Shown here: piece by piece, positions 1-14,799 of the stretch
How positions within the stretch are numbered: the stretch's first letter is position 1
How the letters are laid out: each line of letters begins with the position of its first letter
NCBI RefSeq assembly: GCF_018977255.1
Contig: NW_024704743.1
Coordinates: 102,860,001 to 102,924,000 of the forward strand
Reading direction: 5' to 3'
Source of the DNA: Callorhinchus milii
Taxonomy: Eukaryota
DNA length: 64,000 bases
The notes under the pieces: model-generated
The model's input: only the letters and a program-made list of their open reading frames with translations
Told to the model about the DNA's origin: nothing
The model's database searches: none
Program-made: the position numbers and the translations under genes

Positions 1-110
1 GAGGTGTGTGGAGTAAGGAAACTTGCCCAACTTTTTGCCCTGACAGCAATCAAACTCAGGTTTCTCACTTGCGAGGCGAGCGCTCTAACCGCTGAGCTAT
101 AGAACTCCAC
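1..110 (-). mobile_element. tRNA-headed SINE, 5' head (truncated by window edge)
   Basis: Reverse complement of the head seen at 7167, 15543 and 30473 (TAGCTCAG box A, degenerate box B). Confidence 0.85.
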
Positions 111-1029
111 ACATGAGACACAGGTTGTCAAGGCTTGTGGATCTAAGAAATTGTGATGAAGTACACCTAGATTTTAATCAACTAATACCACACCGAATGT
201 CATTGATAACACTGTCTGGCAAACTTCCCACTGCTTATCCAGCTCGGACCACCCAACTCATTAAAAACACCTATATATGGAAATCTTAGTCTGGTATCGA
301 TACTCTTAAGTATGGTGATGAGTTTCCACATGCGTTTATGCCCAATGACTAACTGCTTAAATTCAATGTGGAATATTGGAGGGTTATTTCTCCCTACTGA
401 GCATTTTAACCACTTCACTGCTGAAAATTTATTTCATTTATCATTTTCTTTTCATTTGCAGCAGATGCAAGTGATTCACTTTATACTACATGTAACCTAA
501 CCAGTACAAAGTATGGAGCTGATCTATCATTGTCGCCATGCAACACAAACTAATTAATTGCACTTACAATATTTCCCAGATCATAAGTTTGTTCATGAAA
601 TTGACTGAAACCCAGGATAATTTGAATCTGTGAACTCAAGTGTTTCAAACATGCTGTAAGGTCTGTAAAAGCAGCTGGAACCTGTCCCATTCGAATGAAC
701 AGAAACGTGAAATTGACAGTGAACAAAGGTAAATGGTGTAAAATGTGCTGTAACTATTGGACATGCCATCTGTCCATTTCTTTCACATGTACCTCTGAAA
801 ATGTCTGGTTTAAATCCACCATGCAAGTGTAGATAATTATATATATATGGGTGAGGCGGGGAATGGATGGGCGGGAAAGAGAAATTTTGCATGTCGCAGA
901 GGAAAAAGATCTTAAAAACGAAAAACATGGTGTTGGAGTAAAATATTTGTTTATATATTACTCCAACCCTTGTTCTCTTTTCTAAGATCGTTTTAACTAA
1001 AATATGTTTATATTTTACTCCCTTTACGT

Positions 1030-1345
1030 TTTCACTCCTGGGATCTAAGCTCCTCAACCCCCCTTGGCTCTCCCTCAGACTCCTCAAACCAGTGCGCAAT
1101 CTAGGCATCTGGTTGGACCTCCAGCTGTCCTTCCTCCCCCATATTCCGTATCTGAGCAAGACCACCTTCTTCCACCTCTGACAAATTGCCCTCCTCCAAC
1201 TGTACCTTACCCCAAAGGCAGCCAAACCCCTTGTGCATGATGACAGCCACCTCCCAGTCCCCGCCTCTGAATCAGGCTCTGCCACTGTTAAGCTCTCTGA
1301 GATGCTACCCTGTGTATGGGGAGCTATATAAGTGCAAGTTGTCGT
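1030..1345 (+). mobile_element. L2 LINE 3' fragment, degenerate
   Basis: C-rich RT C-terminal remnant similar to the L2 at 37361-38820, ending in tatataagtgcaagttgtcgtcgt. Confidence 0.65.
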
Positions 1346-1867
1346 CGTACATTTTTTTTTCCACTCTCCCTAACCAAGAATCCATTTTTTATTATCAACC
1401 AGACACAAGGCCTCAAACTGGTTAAACACATGATAATCCTTGCATTTTTTTGATATAGTGCCTTATTACGTCTTCGCAACATCTCAAAGCGCTTCAAAGA
1501 GTATACTGTAAAGTGAATTGACTGTATATTTTGTGGGTGAAACGAAGCAGCCAATTGCGCACAACAGTGTCTCACAGATGGCCATGGATTGAGCGACCAA
1601 TATATTATTTAAAGAAAAAATTCTATCAGATGTCAATCAGAGGAAGTTACAGAGGGACTCAACAGAGGGACACTCTTGTTGAATGCGTGTTTGGACATTT
1701 CCACCCTGGAGACATGGATTTCCCTCTCCGAAATGTGATCAAAGTTATTGATCGGTCTTGATGAAGTAGCATCCATTCATACCCATTGGCATCGCAACAC
1801 TAAATCCAAATAATCGCAAATTGTTGCATTTGCCGCTTTAATAATTACAAAACATGCCTCTTTTCTA

Positions 1868-2167
<300 letters not shown>

Positions 2168-3244
2168 TCAATGTCCAATGATCTCTCACGCATAGCATTA
2201 AGATATATAGTGGACAAGGAAGAAAAAAATCACATCACATTTGAGTGAGTAAAATTTAATTTCTGACACAGCTAGCAGCTCATGTGTGAACTGAAAGGAA
2301 AGGTGAGGGAACTAGTGAGTGTCAAGGACTAGCTATCCAAACTAAAGTTATTATCATATAATTATTTGATATTTACAGAACAGATATTTAATCCAGCGGA
2401 TTGCCTTAGGATGTCCTACCAACGTGACAGGTGCCATATAAATGCAATTTGTTGTTACTGTGAACCAGGTGGGATGTTGTGTGGCTCTGGTTTACAGAAA
2501 TATCACAATAATAATCCCTACATTTGATATATCGACTCATCACGTCTTTGAGACGTCTCAAAGCGCTTCACAGAATATACTGTTGACTGAATATTTTGTA
2601 GGCGAAGCACGGCAGCAAATTGACTCAGCAAGCTTCTACGCATAACCATCATGATTAGTGATGTGGAGGGTTCTTTCTCCTCGAAGCATGCCGTTGACCA
2701 GAATTACATGCAGCAAGGCCGGCCAAATGACAGGAACTCAGATAGCCTATAAATATACAAGCATGGGACTTGCAAGATTTTTGGTGAACCGATGTGATGT
2801 TTTGAATTCCACATTGCAACCTTTCAATGCCACTTTGCTGGATAATCATTAAATAAATTGTCTTGTTAAGAGGCAACTGAATAGAAACGCTCTATCACCT
2901 TAGAAAACATCAGACCCTGCTGAGCATTAAATCAGGATATTGGCTAAAAATTACACAGATTTGAGCCCAACCATCAATTGGTTGGAGNTTTTTTTGATTA
3001 TCCACTTGTCTGACACTTGCAAAAATCCTTCACCAAGCTATAGAGAATTCCATGCATGACACCAACTCATGGATATTTCCTGCTTCTAGAATAGAATGTG
3101 TATTCTCTCCCTGGAAAGACACACCCTCCTTACCTAATTCCAGAAACTACTAGGTGAAGGTTAGTGAGAGCTAATATTCGGGGATTGCAAACTGTGCATT
3201 GGTGTTGTGCTGGAGTTTAACCTTCTTAAACCACATAGCTTGTC

Positions 3245-4500
3245 CCATCCATAGTCTCCACTTTAGGTTCATGATTAGATTCCACTCCAGCCCCTTCACC
3301 ATCACGTATGCCGTTCCTCAGGGTACTGTCCTCAGTCTTCTCCTCTTCAATATTTAATGCTTCCACTTGGTGACATCATACAGTGACATGGGATTAGTTT
3401 CCATATGTATGCAGATGACACCGAACTATCTCTCACTGCCTCCACCTTCGACTCCAGGACCACTGCTGTTCTCACAGAATGTCTGTCAGACATCAAGTCC
3501 TGGATGAGAGCTAACTTTCTCCTCCTGATTGGTTCCCATCAACGCCTCCACACCTCGCACACTGACAGCATCACCATTCGTTGATGAACTCTACACTTCA
3601 TTGAGCCAGTATGGCATTTTGAGTTTTGTTTGATCCTCAACTTCCTTCAAACCCCACATCCAGGACATGCCCCTCTCTGCCATCCCCCACCTCCGCAGCA
3701 TCGCCCAATTATAATAATAATTCTTTCAATTGATATAGCGCCTTATCACATCTTTGAGATGTCACAAAACGCTTCACAGAATATACTGTAAAGTGTATTG
3801 ACTGTATATTTTGTGGGCGAAACGCAGCAGCCAATTACGCACAGCAGTTTCCCACAAACAGTTGTGGATTGAATGACCAATTTATTATTATTTTTTTTTG
3901 GAAGGCATTATTATCCCCAGAACTAACTCCCCAATCGATTAACAGCCAGGTTCCTACTTACTTAATAATAATCCCTTCAAAACCAAAAACAATAATAAAT
4001 TGGTCATTTTCAATCTACGACTGTTTGTGGGACATTGCTGTGCGCAATTGGCTGCCGCGTTCGCCCACAAATATACAGTCAATTCACTTTGCAGTATGTT
4101 CTGTGAAGCGCTTTGGGACGTCCTCCCGACGTGAAAAGCGCTATATCAAATGCAAGGATTATTATTATTATTATTATTATTACTGCTAGGTAAATGGATG
4201 CGTGTGGAGTAAGGAAACTTGCCTAACATTTCGCCCAGCTGGGAATCGAACCCAGGTCTCTCGCTTGTGAAGCGAGTGCCCTAACCATTGAGCTACAAGA
4301 CTCCACTTCCGCCAATGACTCTTCCCACAAGCTGCTGAGACCCTCATCCATACAACCATCACATTCAGACTCGATTATGCTATCTCCCTGCTTGTCGGCT
4401 TTCCCTACTCTGCCCCCTCCACAAGGCGTAGAGTACTCAGAACTCTGCAGCTCGTCTCATCGTGAAAGAGTCTATACAAATGTAATTTATTATTATTATT
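3245..4500 (+). mobile_element. L2 LINE fragment interrupted by a nested SINE pair (3711-4306)
   Basis: tatgcagatgacacc (YADDT) near 3408; L2 sequence resumes at about 4307 after the SINE head. Confidence 0.8.
3711..4306 (-). mobile_element. Long-form tRNA/Deu SINE (minus) containing a plus-strand SINE 3' half at about 3962-4182
   Basis: Tail at 3711, head at 4306; central motif (ttcctacttac...tgctaggtaaa) split by the insert ending in (TTA)n. Confidence 0.85.
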
Positions 4501-5514
4501 GTTATTGACAACACTATCTGACAAGCTTCCTGCTTTTTGTCCATCTTAACCAAATAGAGCTCTGCTCGCAAGTTTATCAGAAACTGAGTAGAAAGAATCC
4601 ATGCCGCCAGTGAAGAAAGGGATGGAGGTTCAAAACAGTTAATTCCTTAGTTCCTTAATTAAGGAATGGGATAAGTTTAGCAATACCACAATTTTGAACC
4701 CAGAGACATGTACTTTTACAATTTTGATCAATGAGGATTGGATGGTTATTTTCTTACAATTAGCTTTTGATTCCATTTATTGGGAAAGATATAGTAAAAA
4801 TTGAGTGTCACAAATTGAACGTAATTTGTGCAGGAACTTGGAAACAAGGCCTCGTTAAGGAGTTGGCTTCAGCACTACATAGAATCTCAGCACTTCATTA
4901 TAAACTCAGCAATGCATAACAATTGAGGCTCTGCTCAGATTGGTCCCTTAATATTTCAAAGGACCTACTCAAAAACATTAAAGGGAAGATTTATGTGGCT
5001 GCCTCTTATCTAATATTAAAATATTATACTGGTTATCGAAGTTCTGTGCATACACTCAGTTATGCACATGCAGAAATCTGCATAGCCCCAACCAAAGGAG
5101 CAGGAAACATAACTCAGTCTTCCTGTTCATAATCACTTTGTTGCTCAAAGGAATATTGCTTTGCCTCCTGGAGTATCAGTTGTTCGTAAATTTCTTAACA
5201 TGATAGAAGGCACAATCCATTTGGTCATGCTCCCAAAATAATAAATTAGCGTTTTAATCTAATCTGTTTTGGTATGACTGTTAAATGACTATTTTCAATG
5301 TTAAAGTCAATGAAGCTATTTGCTTCCCCCCACCTCCACCATCAGCAGAGACATTTTCTCTGAACTAAGTCTTTAATTACAGTCTCTCATTTGTCTACCT
5401 ACAGCTGCCTGGCTTTGAAAGTGGTAAATCAATTGCTATTTAATCCACAACCACTTACAGGACACAGATTGCTAAATTTCAGTCAATAATTTTTGAACCC
5501 AATTCAACCATGAA

Positions 5515-5800
5515 AGATATCAGTCCTTCAGATGAAACTTTAAACAAAGGTCCCATTTGCCTGCTCAGGTGGATATTAAAAATCGCATGCCACTATTTGA
5601 AAAGAGAAGGGGTGTTCTGCTGGTGTCCTGGCCAACAATCCCCCACAAACAAAAAATCTGTTATTCATTTCAACTGAATTCATGGCTGTTTGTGGGACCA
5701 TGCTGTGCACAATACACAATCACTACACTTTACAGTAAAATCATGTGAAAGACTCAATGATGTAATAAGACACTAAATAAAATGCAAGGATTATTATTAT
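5515..5800 (+). mobile_element. Older Deu-domain SINE, 5'-truncated
   Basis: ggatattaaaaatcgcatgccactatttgaaaagagaagggg...tgtttgtgggaccatgctgtgc, tail atgcaaggattattattat. Confidence 0.75.
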
Positions 5801-5927
5801 TGCATTATTATAATTTTCAGTATTGTTGTCTAATGCACAAAATTCTGTGTTGAATATTCAGGTGACTAAACTTCTTTAGCTTACCATTAACATGCCATTA
5901 ACCAAGCAATTCCATAAACAATGACTA

Positions 5928-6203
<276 letters not shown>

Positions 6204-6333
6204 TCATAAAAATATATCTTTAAGCAAGAGTATGAACAACCCAATATACGACTCTTAAAAATAGTTATGTTTAAAATTAAGAGCAATTACTTTCATATTC
6301 AGCAATTTCCTTGTGTTAATGATTTGTACCTCA

Positions 6334-6850
<517 letters not shown>

Positions 6851-7166
6851 GTTCTAGAAATGCAAAGTCATATTCCATCATGTGATAAGATGCTATATAC
6901 AACAGAAAAATTATTACATGCTATGTACTGTAGTTCCTTATAAGAATTGCTACTCAGTTAAAACGCAGCCAAAACCTAATAGTCTTATTATTATACTGTC
7001 TACGGTGCAGTCTATGGTGAAAGACAAGCAAAATTATATTTGAACAAATTGTGTTACTGACCAATATTATTTGTATTATGGAACACAAACACCTACTTTC
7101 ACTCTGTTTAAATAACAAAAGCATCAATATGTATGAATTAACCTTTCAAAATTTGCAAGGAAGAAT

Positions 7167-7497
7167 ATGAAGTCCTGTAGCTCAGTGATTAGAGCACTCG
7201 CTTTGCAAGTGAGAGACCTGAATTCAATTCCAGGCAAAGGGCGAAACCTTGGGCAAGTTTCCTTACTCCACACAGAGCCTAATAATAATCCCTCCAAAAC
7301 AAAAAACAATAATAAATTGGTCATTTTCAATCTACGACTGTTTGTGGGACATTGCTGTGCGCAATTGGCTGCCGCGTTCGCCCACAAATATACAGTCAAT
7401 TCACTTTACAGTGTGTTCTGTGAAGCGCTTTGGGACATCCTCCCGACGTGAAAAGCGCTATATCAAATGCAAGGATTATTATTATTATTATTATTAT
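7167..7497 (+). mobile_element. Young short-form tRNA/Deu SINE, full length
   Basis: tRNA-like head, Deu core, L2-type 3' stem-loop, (TTA)n tail; nearly identical to 30473-30800. Confidence 0.92.
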
Positions 7498-8513
7498 GAA
7501 GCAAAATTGTCCTATTTGGATGGATTGTTCCGACAGATCTTCAAAGCCTTAGAAATGACATTTCTTATTAAGCAACTTGTTATAAATTCATGCTAATTAG
7601 ACCCCAGTACAGTGAAGACACATTATTAACATGATGTTCCTTTTTCCGAAAGCACAAGCTTCTTTCTTCGCATGTTGCTACTTTATAAAATGTATCATCC
7701 TTCAAAATTAACCAATTTGACAAATTTCCCTCCTTATTGGAAAAAGGGTTGAATGCCTCCTACATTCTTTGCTGGAAAGGTGCAATGTTCTTTCTGGTAT
7801 TGTCATGATTTTGCAAACAAGGCTGAAAAATGCAGTGACTGATCGTTTGGAACCAGCAATAAATGCATGCCACAGTGATTCTCGGCAGTGCTCACTAAAC
7901 TCTACCTTCACCACACAACTAACTGGAAGACCCTCCCATCCGTTTATGAAAGAACCATTAATGATTTGATACATCACTTAACGCAGGAGTGTGAGACTCC
8001 AATAATTTTATGACATTCATACAAGATACCCAAATTGTGGATTTCTTCTCACTTCACTGAAGGGTTGTTATTGAAAAATTAAGAAGAAATAGAGATCATT
8101 CAATTTAGAAAAAGCAGTATGTTCATTTTTTAATTTTTCAAGACATACATAAATATAATTACTGAGTTTCACCTTGTCACATCTCTCACATTGCTATTAA
8201 TATTGGTCTCAGGTAAAGGGACATGTCCTTGTCAAGGTCTGGATCTAATTTACTTGCTAGGTTCTTAATTCTCCTGTTGATCCAATAGAAATGGAGATGC
8301 TAATAATGCAGCTGGAAAGCAGGTTTAAACAGTTGGATTGGTTTACATTTTCTGCAATTCACTTTATAACCAGACAAGCAACCGAATATTTTAATCTCCT
8401 GTTGGATGGAATTCACTCCAGCAACCAGATAGAGCAAATGTCATCTTATATATAGTGACATTTTATAGAATCTCTTACCTGCTTGATGTCCCCAATTGGG
8501 ATTTTCTCTAGCC

Positions 8514-8707
8514 TAGTGATGGCCAACAAAATACATTTTCTGTATTGAATTTTTCTTGATTTATGCCATATCAAGAAAAAAATGAAATCACACTACCGAT
8601 CGTACACAGACTTACCTAGACTCATGCAAATGTTCAAGGGAAGGGGGCACTTTTTGACAGCCCAGTGGACCGATTTCAACCTGCGGGCCACAGGTTGGCC
8701 ACCACTG
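8514..8707. mobile_element. Non-autonomous hAT-like DNA transposon (MITE)
   Basis: TIRs tagtgatggccaac / gttggccaccactg; 8-bp TSD ctctagcc / ctctcgcc. Confidence 0.75.
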
Positions 8708-9794
8708 CTCTCGCCAGTCTTGTTTATCAGTTTAAATGAGGACGGAGTGGAATAAAGATGGGGAAACTGCAGACAAATGATCATTCCAAAGGTGTAAAAC
8801 TGCAGTGTAGTACAATAATCGCATGAAAAGTTTGGTGGAAAGACCAGGGGAATAGGATTCAAATAGATAACTCCATAATAATAATACTTGCATATGATAT
8901 AGTGCCTTATCATGTCATCGAGACATCTCAAAGCACTTCACAGGACATACTGTAAATTGGATTTACTCTGTTTTTTGTGGGTGAAACTCCAGTGGGTCAG
9001 TCAGTACCAGCACAGCCAGCATGGGCCGAACGGCCTTAGTCTGTGTTGTAAATTCTATGATACCTATTTGAGACACCTGGTCTGTTCTCTGTATGTAGCT
9101 TGGTATTTTAACTGATTAAATGTAAGGCAACAGAGGGTGTATCAAATAAACATCGCTCAACAACGGGGACAAAAGGTCTCCGACCTCAAGTGGAACTGGT
9201 GCCTTTGAAATGTCACCCTCTGTACATCACTGATGGATAAACATAAATAGATAAAAGCTCTATACATTGTCTGAGACACATTTTGTCTGATTAAGTCTAC
9301 CTGGATCAGGGGCATATTTAATTGGCTGAGATCAGTGGCTGATATTGATGACTAAGATTGGGCAATTAGTACAGATCATTCAATCCTTTTACCTCCCAAG
9401 ATACTCACACTAACCTAGCTGAATTTCATGGAAAGCTTTTATGAGAAAGAGTATTTCTGCACACACTGCAAAAAAAAACTATAACAAGATACTTTTTGCA
9501 TTAAAGTTGCCCATCGTTTCTCTAAGTTTTTACGTTTTATAAATGTAAAATTGTTGTTGTTGCAAACTGAATACTCTTCTTTTTGTTCAGTCTTTCTATT
9601 TACTTAAAACTTCAAAAGAGTGTGTCTTTAAAAGCAATAACAAAATAAGAAGCTGCATTTAGAAATACAGAATACCATACAATGGTTCATCCCCATTGAA
9701 TGTTCATTCTGTTTTGGGCTATTCTCACCAAGTCTTAGATATCTATTAAATTAACTTATTATTCCTTCTTGAAATGAGGCAGAAAGAGATCTAA

Positions 9795-10945
9795 TAATAA
9801 TGATAATCCTTGATTTGATATTCTGCCTTTCATATCAGGAGGACTTCACAGATGCATCTCAGGATTTTACAATAAAGTGTTGTGATTGTATTTATAGGCG
9901 AACAAAACAACCAATTTGCACAAAGCAGTGCATCATAAAACAGCCATGAAGTGATGACAATTATTTTCCAGGAAATTATTCTTTACAACACTGGAAAACC
10001 CCCCCTTATCTTTTTGAATAGTGTTGAGGAATCTTTAAAATCCACCTGAACAGAAGACAGGACCTCAATTTACATTTCCCTCAAAAGGCAGCATCTCCAA
10101 CAACAAATTACATTTGTATAGCGCCTTTCATTTCAGGAGGTCGTCCCAAGGTGCTGGACAGTCAGGAATCCACACCTGAGCTGGTGGTTGGGATCAGGAG
10201 GGGTGGAGGGCGGGTTGGGTAGAGTTAAGAGGGTGACTGAAGGCAGGGTCGAGGAGGAAGGACTTGATACAGGGCTTGAAGTAGGCAAGGGGAGTGGGGG
10301 GTGAGGGGGCCAGACGGAGGGACTGTGGAATGGAGTTCTGGAGGGTGAAAGCAATGGTAGGGCTGGCAAGTCGGGGGACTTGGAGCAGGTCAGAGCCCGC
10401 TGAGCGGAGGGAGCAGACAGGTTGCCAGGGGTGAGATGGTCACAGAGGAAGGGAGGAGCAAGGCTGTGGAGGCCTTTTGATGGTGAGAATCAGGATCTTG
10501 AACTGTATCCTCTGTGTGATGGGGTGGAGCCAGTGGGGTCGGGTGAGGATGGGGTGATGGGATTGTGGAGCCTGGTGCAGGAGTGCACACGTGCTGCAGA
10601 GTTCTGCATGATCTGCAGCCTTTGGAGGGAGGAGTTGGGGAGGCCAACAAGCAAGGGATTTTCGTAGTCAAGCATGGGTTTGATGAATGCAATGGATGAG
10701 GCTCTCGGCGGCCTGCGGTGAGAGATAGTGGAGGAGCCGGGCAATGTTGTGGAGGTGGCGGATGAAGGACAGTTGAGGTCGAACAGGACCCCGAGGTTCT
10801 GTATTGGCTCCGTGAGGTGTAGAGTGCATCCATTCCTGAACACTGTATTGGAATATCAACATAGATTATGAGCTCAATAAACCAATGTAGGGCTTAAACC
10901 CACAACCTTCTGACTCAGAGACTTTTGAAGCAGAGTCAGTGCACA
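9795..10945 (-). mobile_element. Older Deu SINE split by an L2 fragment (about 10098-10840)
   Basis: SINE tail and core at 9795-10097, SINE head at about 10845-10945; G-rich L2 3' region in between with (caa)n tail. Confidence 0.75.
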
Positions 10946-10969
10946 CCTCTAAAAGGGAATCAGATAGGC

Positions 10970-11199
10970 GAGTGGTGGTGAACCTATGGCTTGCTAGCCA
11001 GAAGTGGCCCATGGGGCTGTCAAGAAGCGGCCCCCAGAACATTCACACAAGTCTAGGTAAGTCCGTGTTTGATCAGGAGCTTGCTTTCAGTTTTTTTCTT
11101 GATTAAATATGTATTAATTTATGGTATAAATCAAGAAATATTCAATCAAGAAAATATATTTTGTTGGTCACAGAAATTTCTAAAGGTTGGCCACCACTG
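10970..11199. mobile_element. Second copy of the hAT-like MITE, opposite orientation
   Basis: Internal sequence is the reverse complement of 8514-8707 (gtctaggtaagtc vs gacttacctagac); right TIR ggttggccaccactg. Confidence 0.7.
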
Positions 11200-11702
11200 A
11201 TATAGATCTTTGAAGAGGAGGAACATTAAAGTTGGATGAACAGAAAAGTGGGATTCAACTAAGCAATTTATGTAGGAAAAAACACCAGTGCAGACATCAT
11301 CTTTTGAAAAGACTTTAACTTTCAATCGTTCAATGATTCAATTAGCTGTGCAAGATTAGGAATCAGGATAATGCAGATTTGTTGACACCTGTGATCTCTC
11401 CATGACCTACTGGGACCACAATCTAATACATCTCTCACCCCATCAGGATCCCAAACCAATTTAAGCATGTATAACCTTGATGCCAGGTCAACCAAGAATT
11501 CTGCTTGGCCTAGCATATTGTTCACATATTTACAATTAATATAATTTTTCGTTATTCTCCCTGCTGAATCCAAGGTTCTGGCGATTAAATTAATGTTGTA
11601 CTTATGGAATACAGCTGACCTGTTTCATCTCAAATAACTGTCATTTTCAGTAAATCTTCCAACTCATTATTACAAAACACATTCCTTTACAACTCAAAAT
11701 TA

Positions 11703-11957
<255 letters not shown>

Positions 11958-12854
11958 TTACCTTTTGCATTTGCATTAGCACATAAGTGATGGCTGATTA
12001 TAATCTACATAAGGATCTAAGTCGGGGGTTATTTAAATTTAAAGTGGATTTCAATTGTAACCAGCATTTTACCATCACCTATCATTACTGCAGATGGCTC
12101 GGTCCCTGTATTTACAGATCAGTGTAGGGATGGTTTTCTCTGGAAGTAATTTGCTTCAGTGACTCAAATATGATTATATTTTGAACTCCCCTGTGTTTTC
12201 TTTCTTGGGTAACAGATGTAATACGATCAGTATTACGATCAGTATGCCAGTACCTGGCAGCTCGCGCAAACGTCTCAAGCCTCTATAATCCCTGATTATG
12301 CATCGGAATCACTCCCAGTAAATTGTTCTGGCAATTACTGCAAATTGTGCTGCTCTAGCCCTACTACACAGCTTCCTAGGTGGCATCAAAAGTGAATTGG
12401 ATTATCCATCAGAAAGCATCACTGTGCTAATCCCAACGTCTGAGACAAAAAGGGAAAGTACAAGGCAGGATTGTATACCTTTACATCGCACCATACACAA
12501 GATCAGGATTTGGATGAAGAAGGCTTTTCAGCCCATTTGATCTTCCATCATACCTACCCTACCATTTTTATGTAAAAGCAACAAGCTGTTTTTTTTAAAA
12601 GATTTTTTGTCAGTGTCCTGGCTTCAACCACCCTGACAATTTAGTTGTAAATGGAGAGAAATGCTGGAAAGTGGTTAAATCCCTCAGGTGCCAGGGGACG
12701 ACCAGAGAGGTGTCGTAGAAGATCATACAGATAGGGAAGTGCTAGGGTGTGAAGGAATTTATAGACTTGAGTGAGCATGCAGAGTGTTAAAAATTCAATG
12801 GCATAATTTGATAAAAGAAGGGAGCTGTCCCAGTGTATTGTCCACAATTCCATT

Positions 12855-13150
12855 AAATTTCTGTTTGTGGGACATTGCTGTGCAGAATCTATTGCCGCAT
12901 TTCACCCACTAAATGCACAGTCAATTCACTTTACAGTGTATTTGGTGAAGCTATATCAAATGCAAGAATTATTATTATATAAATGATCATTCACTTCATG
13001 GCTATTCGGGGGACACTGCTGTGTGCAAATTGGCTGCCTCGATGGCCTACAAAAAGTGCGCAATCAGTACACTTTACAATAAATGCTGTGAAGTGCTTTA
13101 AGATGGTTTGCCAACAGATATGGTGCTGTATCAAATATAATAATAATAAT
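12855..13150 (+). mobile_element. Two tandem Deu SINE 3' halves
   Basis: Two successive gggaca(t/c)tgctgtg...cactttaca...tatcaaat units. Confidence 0.75.
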
Positions 13151-14799
13151 GTCCTGCACCATATTCCACTACCTTACAAGGCACAATAGTAGGAATTAGT
13201 CAAACGAACATAGGTTTTGAGATAAAATGGCTGAAAACTGGAAGACAATAATCTCAACTAATAAAAAGGTAATCTATAAGTGAGGTGAAAGACCATTCTT
13301 CTTCAGTGAAGGTTTGAAATTGGTAAGTTTGGCAGGTGGCAACAATTCAGATTAACATCAATAAAGCGTCCAGTTGGTTTAGCAGCTTGCTCTCTTTGAT
13401 TGCAATCATGTGCCCTGCAAATTCTGTTGAGAAATATTGGCACACCTTGCTTTAACATTCTAAATGGCAGACACAAAATAATATCTTAAAATTATATTAA
13501 TTGCAAAATGGACTACAGATGGCGAGCCCAAATCGCAACAGAAAAAATGCAGAATGGGTTGAGAAAATCTAATAATTTATTCAATATTGCTCTGCCTCAA
13601 GTAGCAAGAAGATACTCAGAACTGTAATTAATGAATGAACTGGAGGTAATTCCTTTTATTGATGCCCTCAAACAACTTAGTAGATACAGTGTAATATGTA
13701 CTAACATGACTGGAAGAAGACAGAAGGCAAATTACGACTTCATGTTATGCAGAAAAGACAGAGTCTTTAATTAGTTTCCTGCCCTAAACAACCCACTTTA
13801 TTACTTTCTCACTCTTGTACATTTACATTTTCAATTAAACTTTTAGATTAAGTTTCCAAACATGGATATTTTATGGAGTTATTTTGTGACCGTTTTTTAT
13901 TCACCTGCTTGGATATTTGACACAAGGGGAAACCCAATGCCATGATTGAGAGACTCCAAACTCTGTCTCGTTTGGAGACTATGCATAACTGAAGGAATAA
14001 AGAGGTTAGAATTGACTATTGGAAGAACAGAGAAATGGCATTTGAATTGACTGATATAATGCATAACTAAAACTATGGATTACAGCAAGGTAGTGATAAT
14101 AACATTAATGATTATCAGTGTTTATCCTTCAGGGACACAGAAGGAAATGATGACTATAGTCCCATTCCCTTTCTTAATGAGCTACCAGCCAAATTTCCTC
14201 ATACAAGCAAATGTGTACTATTTGTACAAAGAAAAAGATAATGGTAAACTGAAATCCCTTCTGTCTATTCAAAGATTCCATTGCAGTGGGAAAAGAGAAG
14301 GGAGTTGCTCATGGTAGCCTAGCCAACAATCCCCCAAATAAAATTGGTCATTCACTTCATGGCTGAAGTGCACAAATTAGCTACTATGTTTCTCTGTAAA
14401 TTACACAATCACTAGACTTTACAGTACATCCAGTGAAGTACTTTGAAATATCTGGCTGACATGACAGGTTCTATATCAAATGCAAGGATTATTATTAATA
14501 TATTATTATTATTAATAATTATAAATATTATTACGAAATAATTTATTAATTATCATAGTCGATATTCCCAATTCACCAAAAGAAACATATAAAGTCCCAC
14601 TCATCTTGTTGCTGATGAACTTTATTTATCTGCACAACAGTGATTATTCAACATAACACAATAGGTGAGGCTTTTTGAGATCACGTTGCCGTATCACATG
14701 GGAGTAATATAACTTGAATAAAAATCCTAAAACTGTAGTTGTAGCTTCTCCTTTGTCTACTCTCTTGATGCATCCTAAGATATTGTTTTGAGTTTACCT

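Noticed and set aside
593..1285. 230-aa minus-strand ORF
   Set aside because: No domain similarity; partly antisense L2 remnant; no CUB or sushi motif.
2270..2320. Strong cryptic acceptor 166 nt upstream of the 2124 exon
   Set aside because: Immediate stop and no convincing paired donor; no further support.
2988..2988. Single N base
   Set aside because: Assembly ambiguity beside a T run, not biology.
7249..7596. Recurrent ORFs ending KCKDYYYYY (also 3869, 15713, 30645, 42695)
   Set aside because: Translations of the SINE core and (TTA)n tail, not a protein family.
12222..12245. 12-bp tandem duplication tacgatcagtat and other short microsatellites
   Set aside because: Ordinary slippage events.
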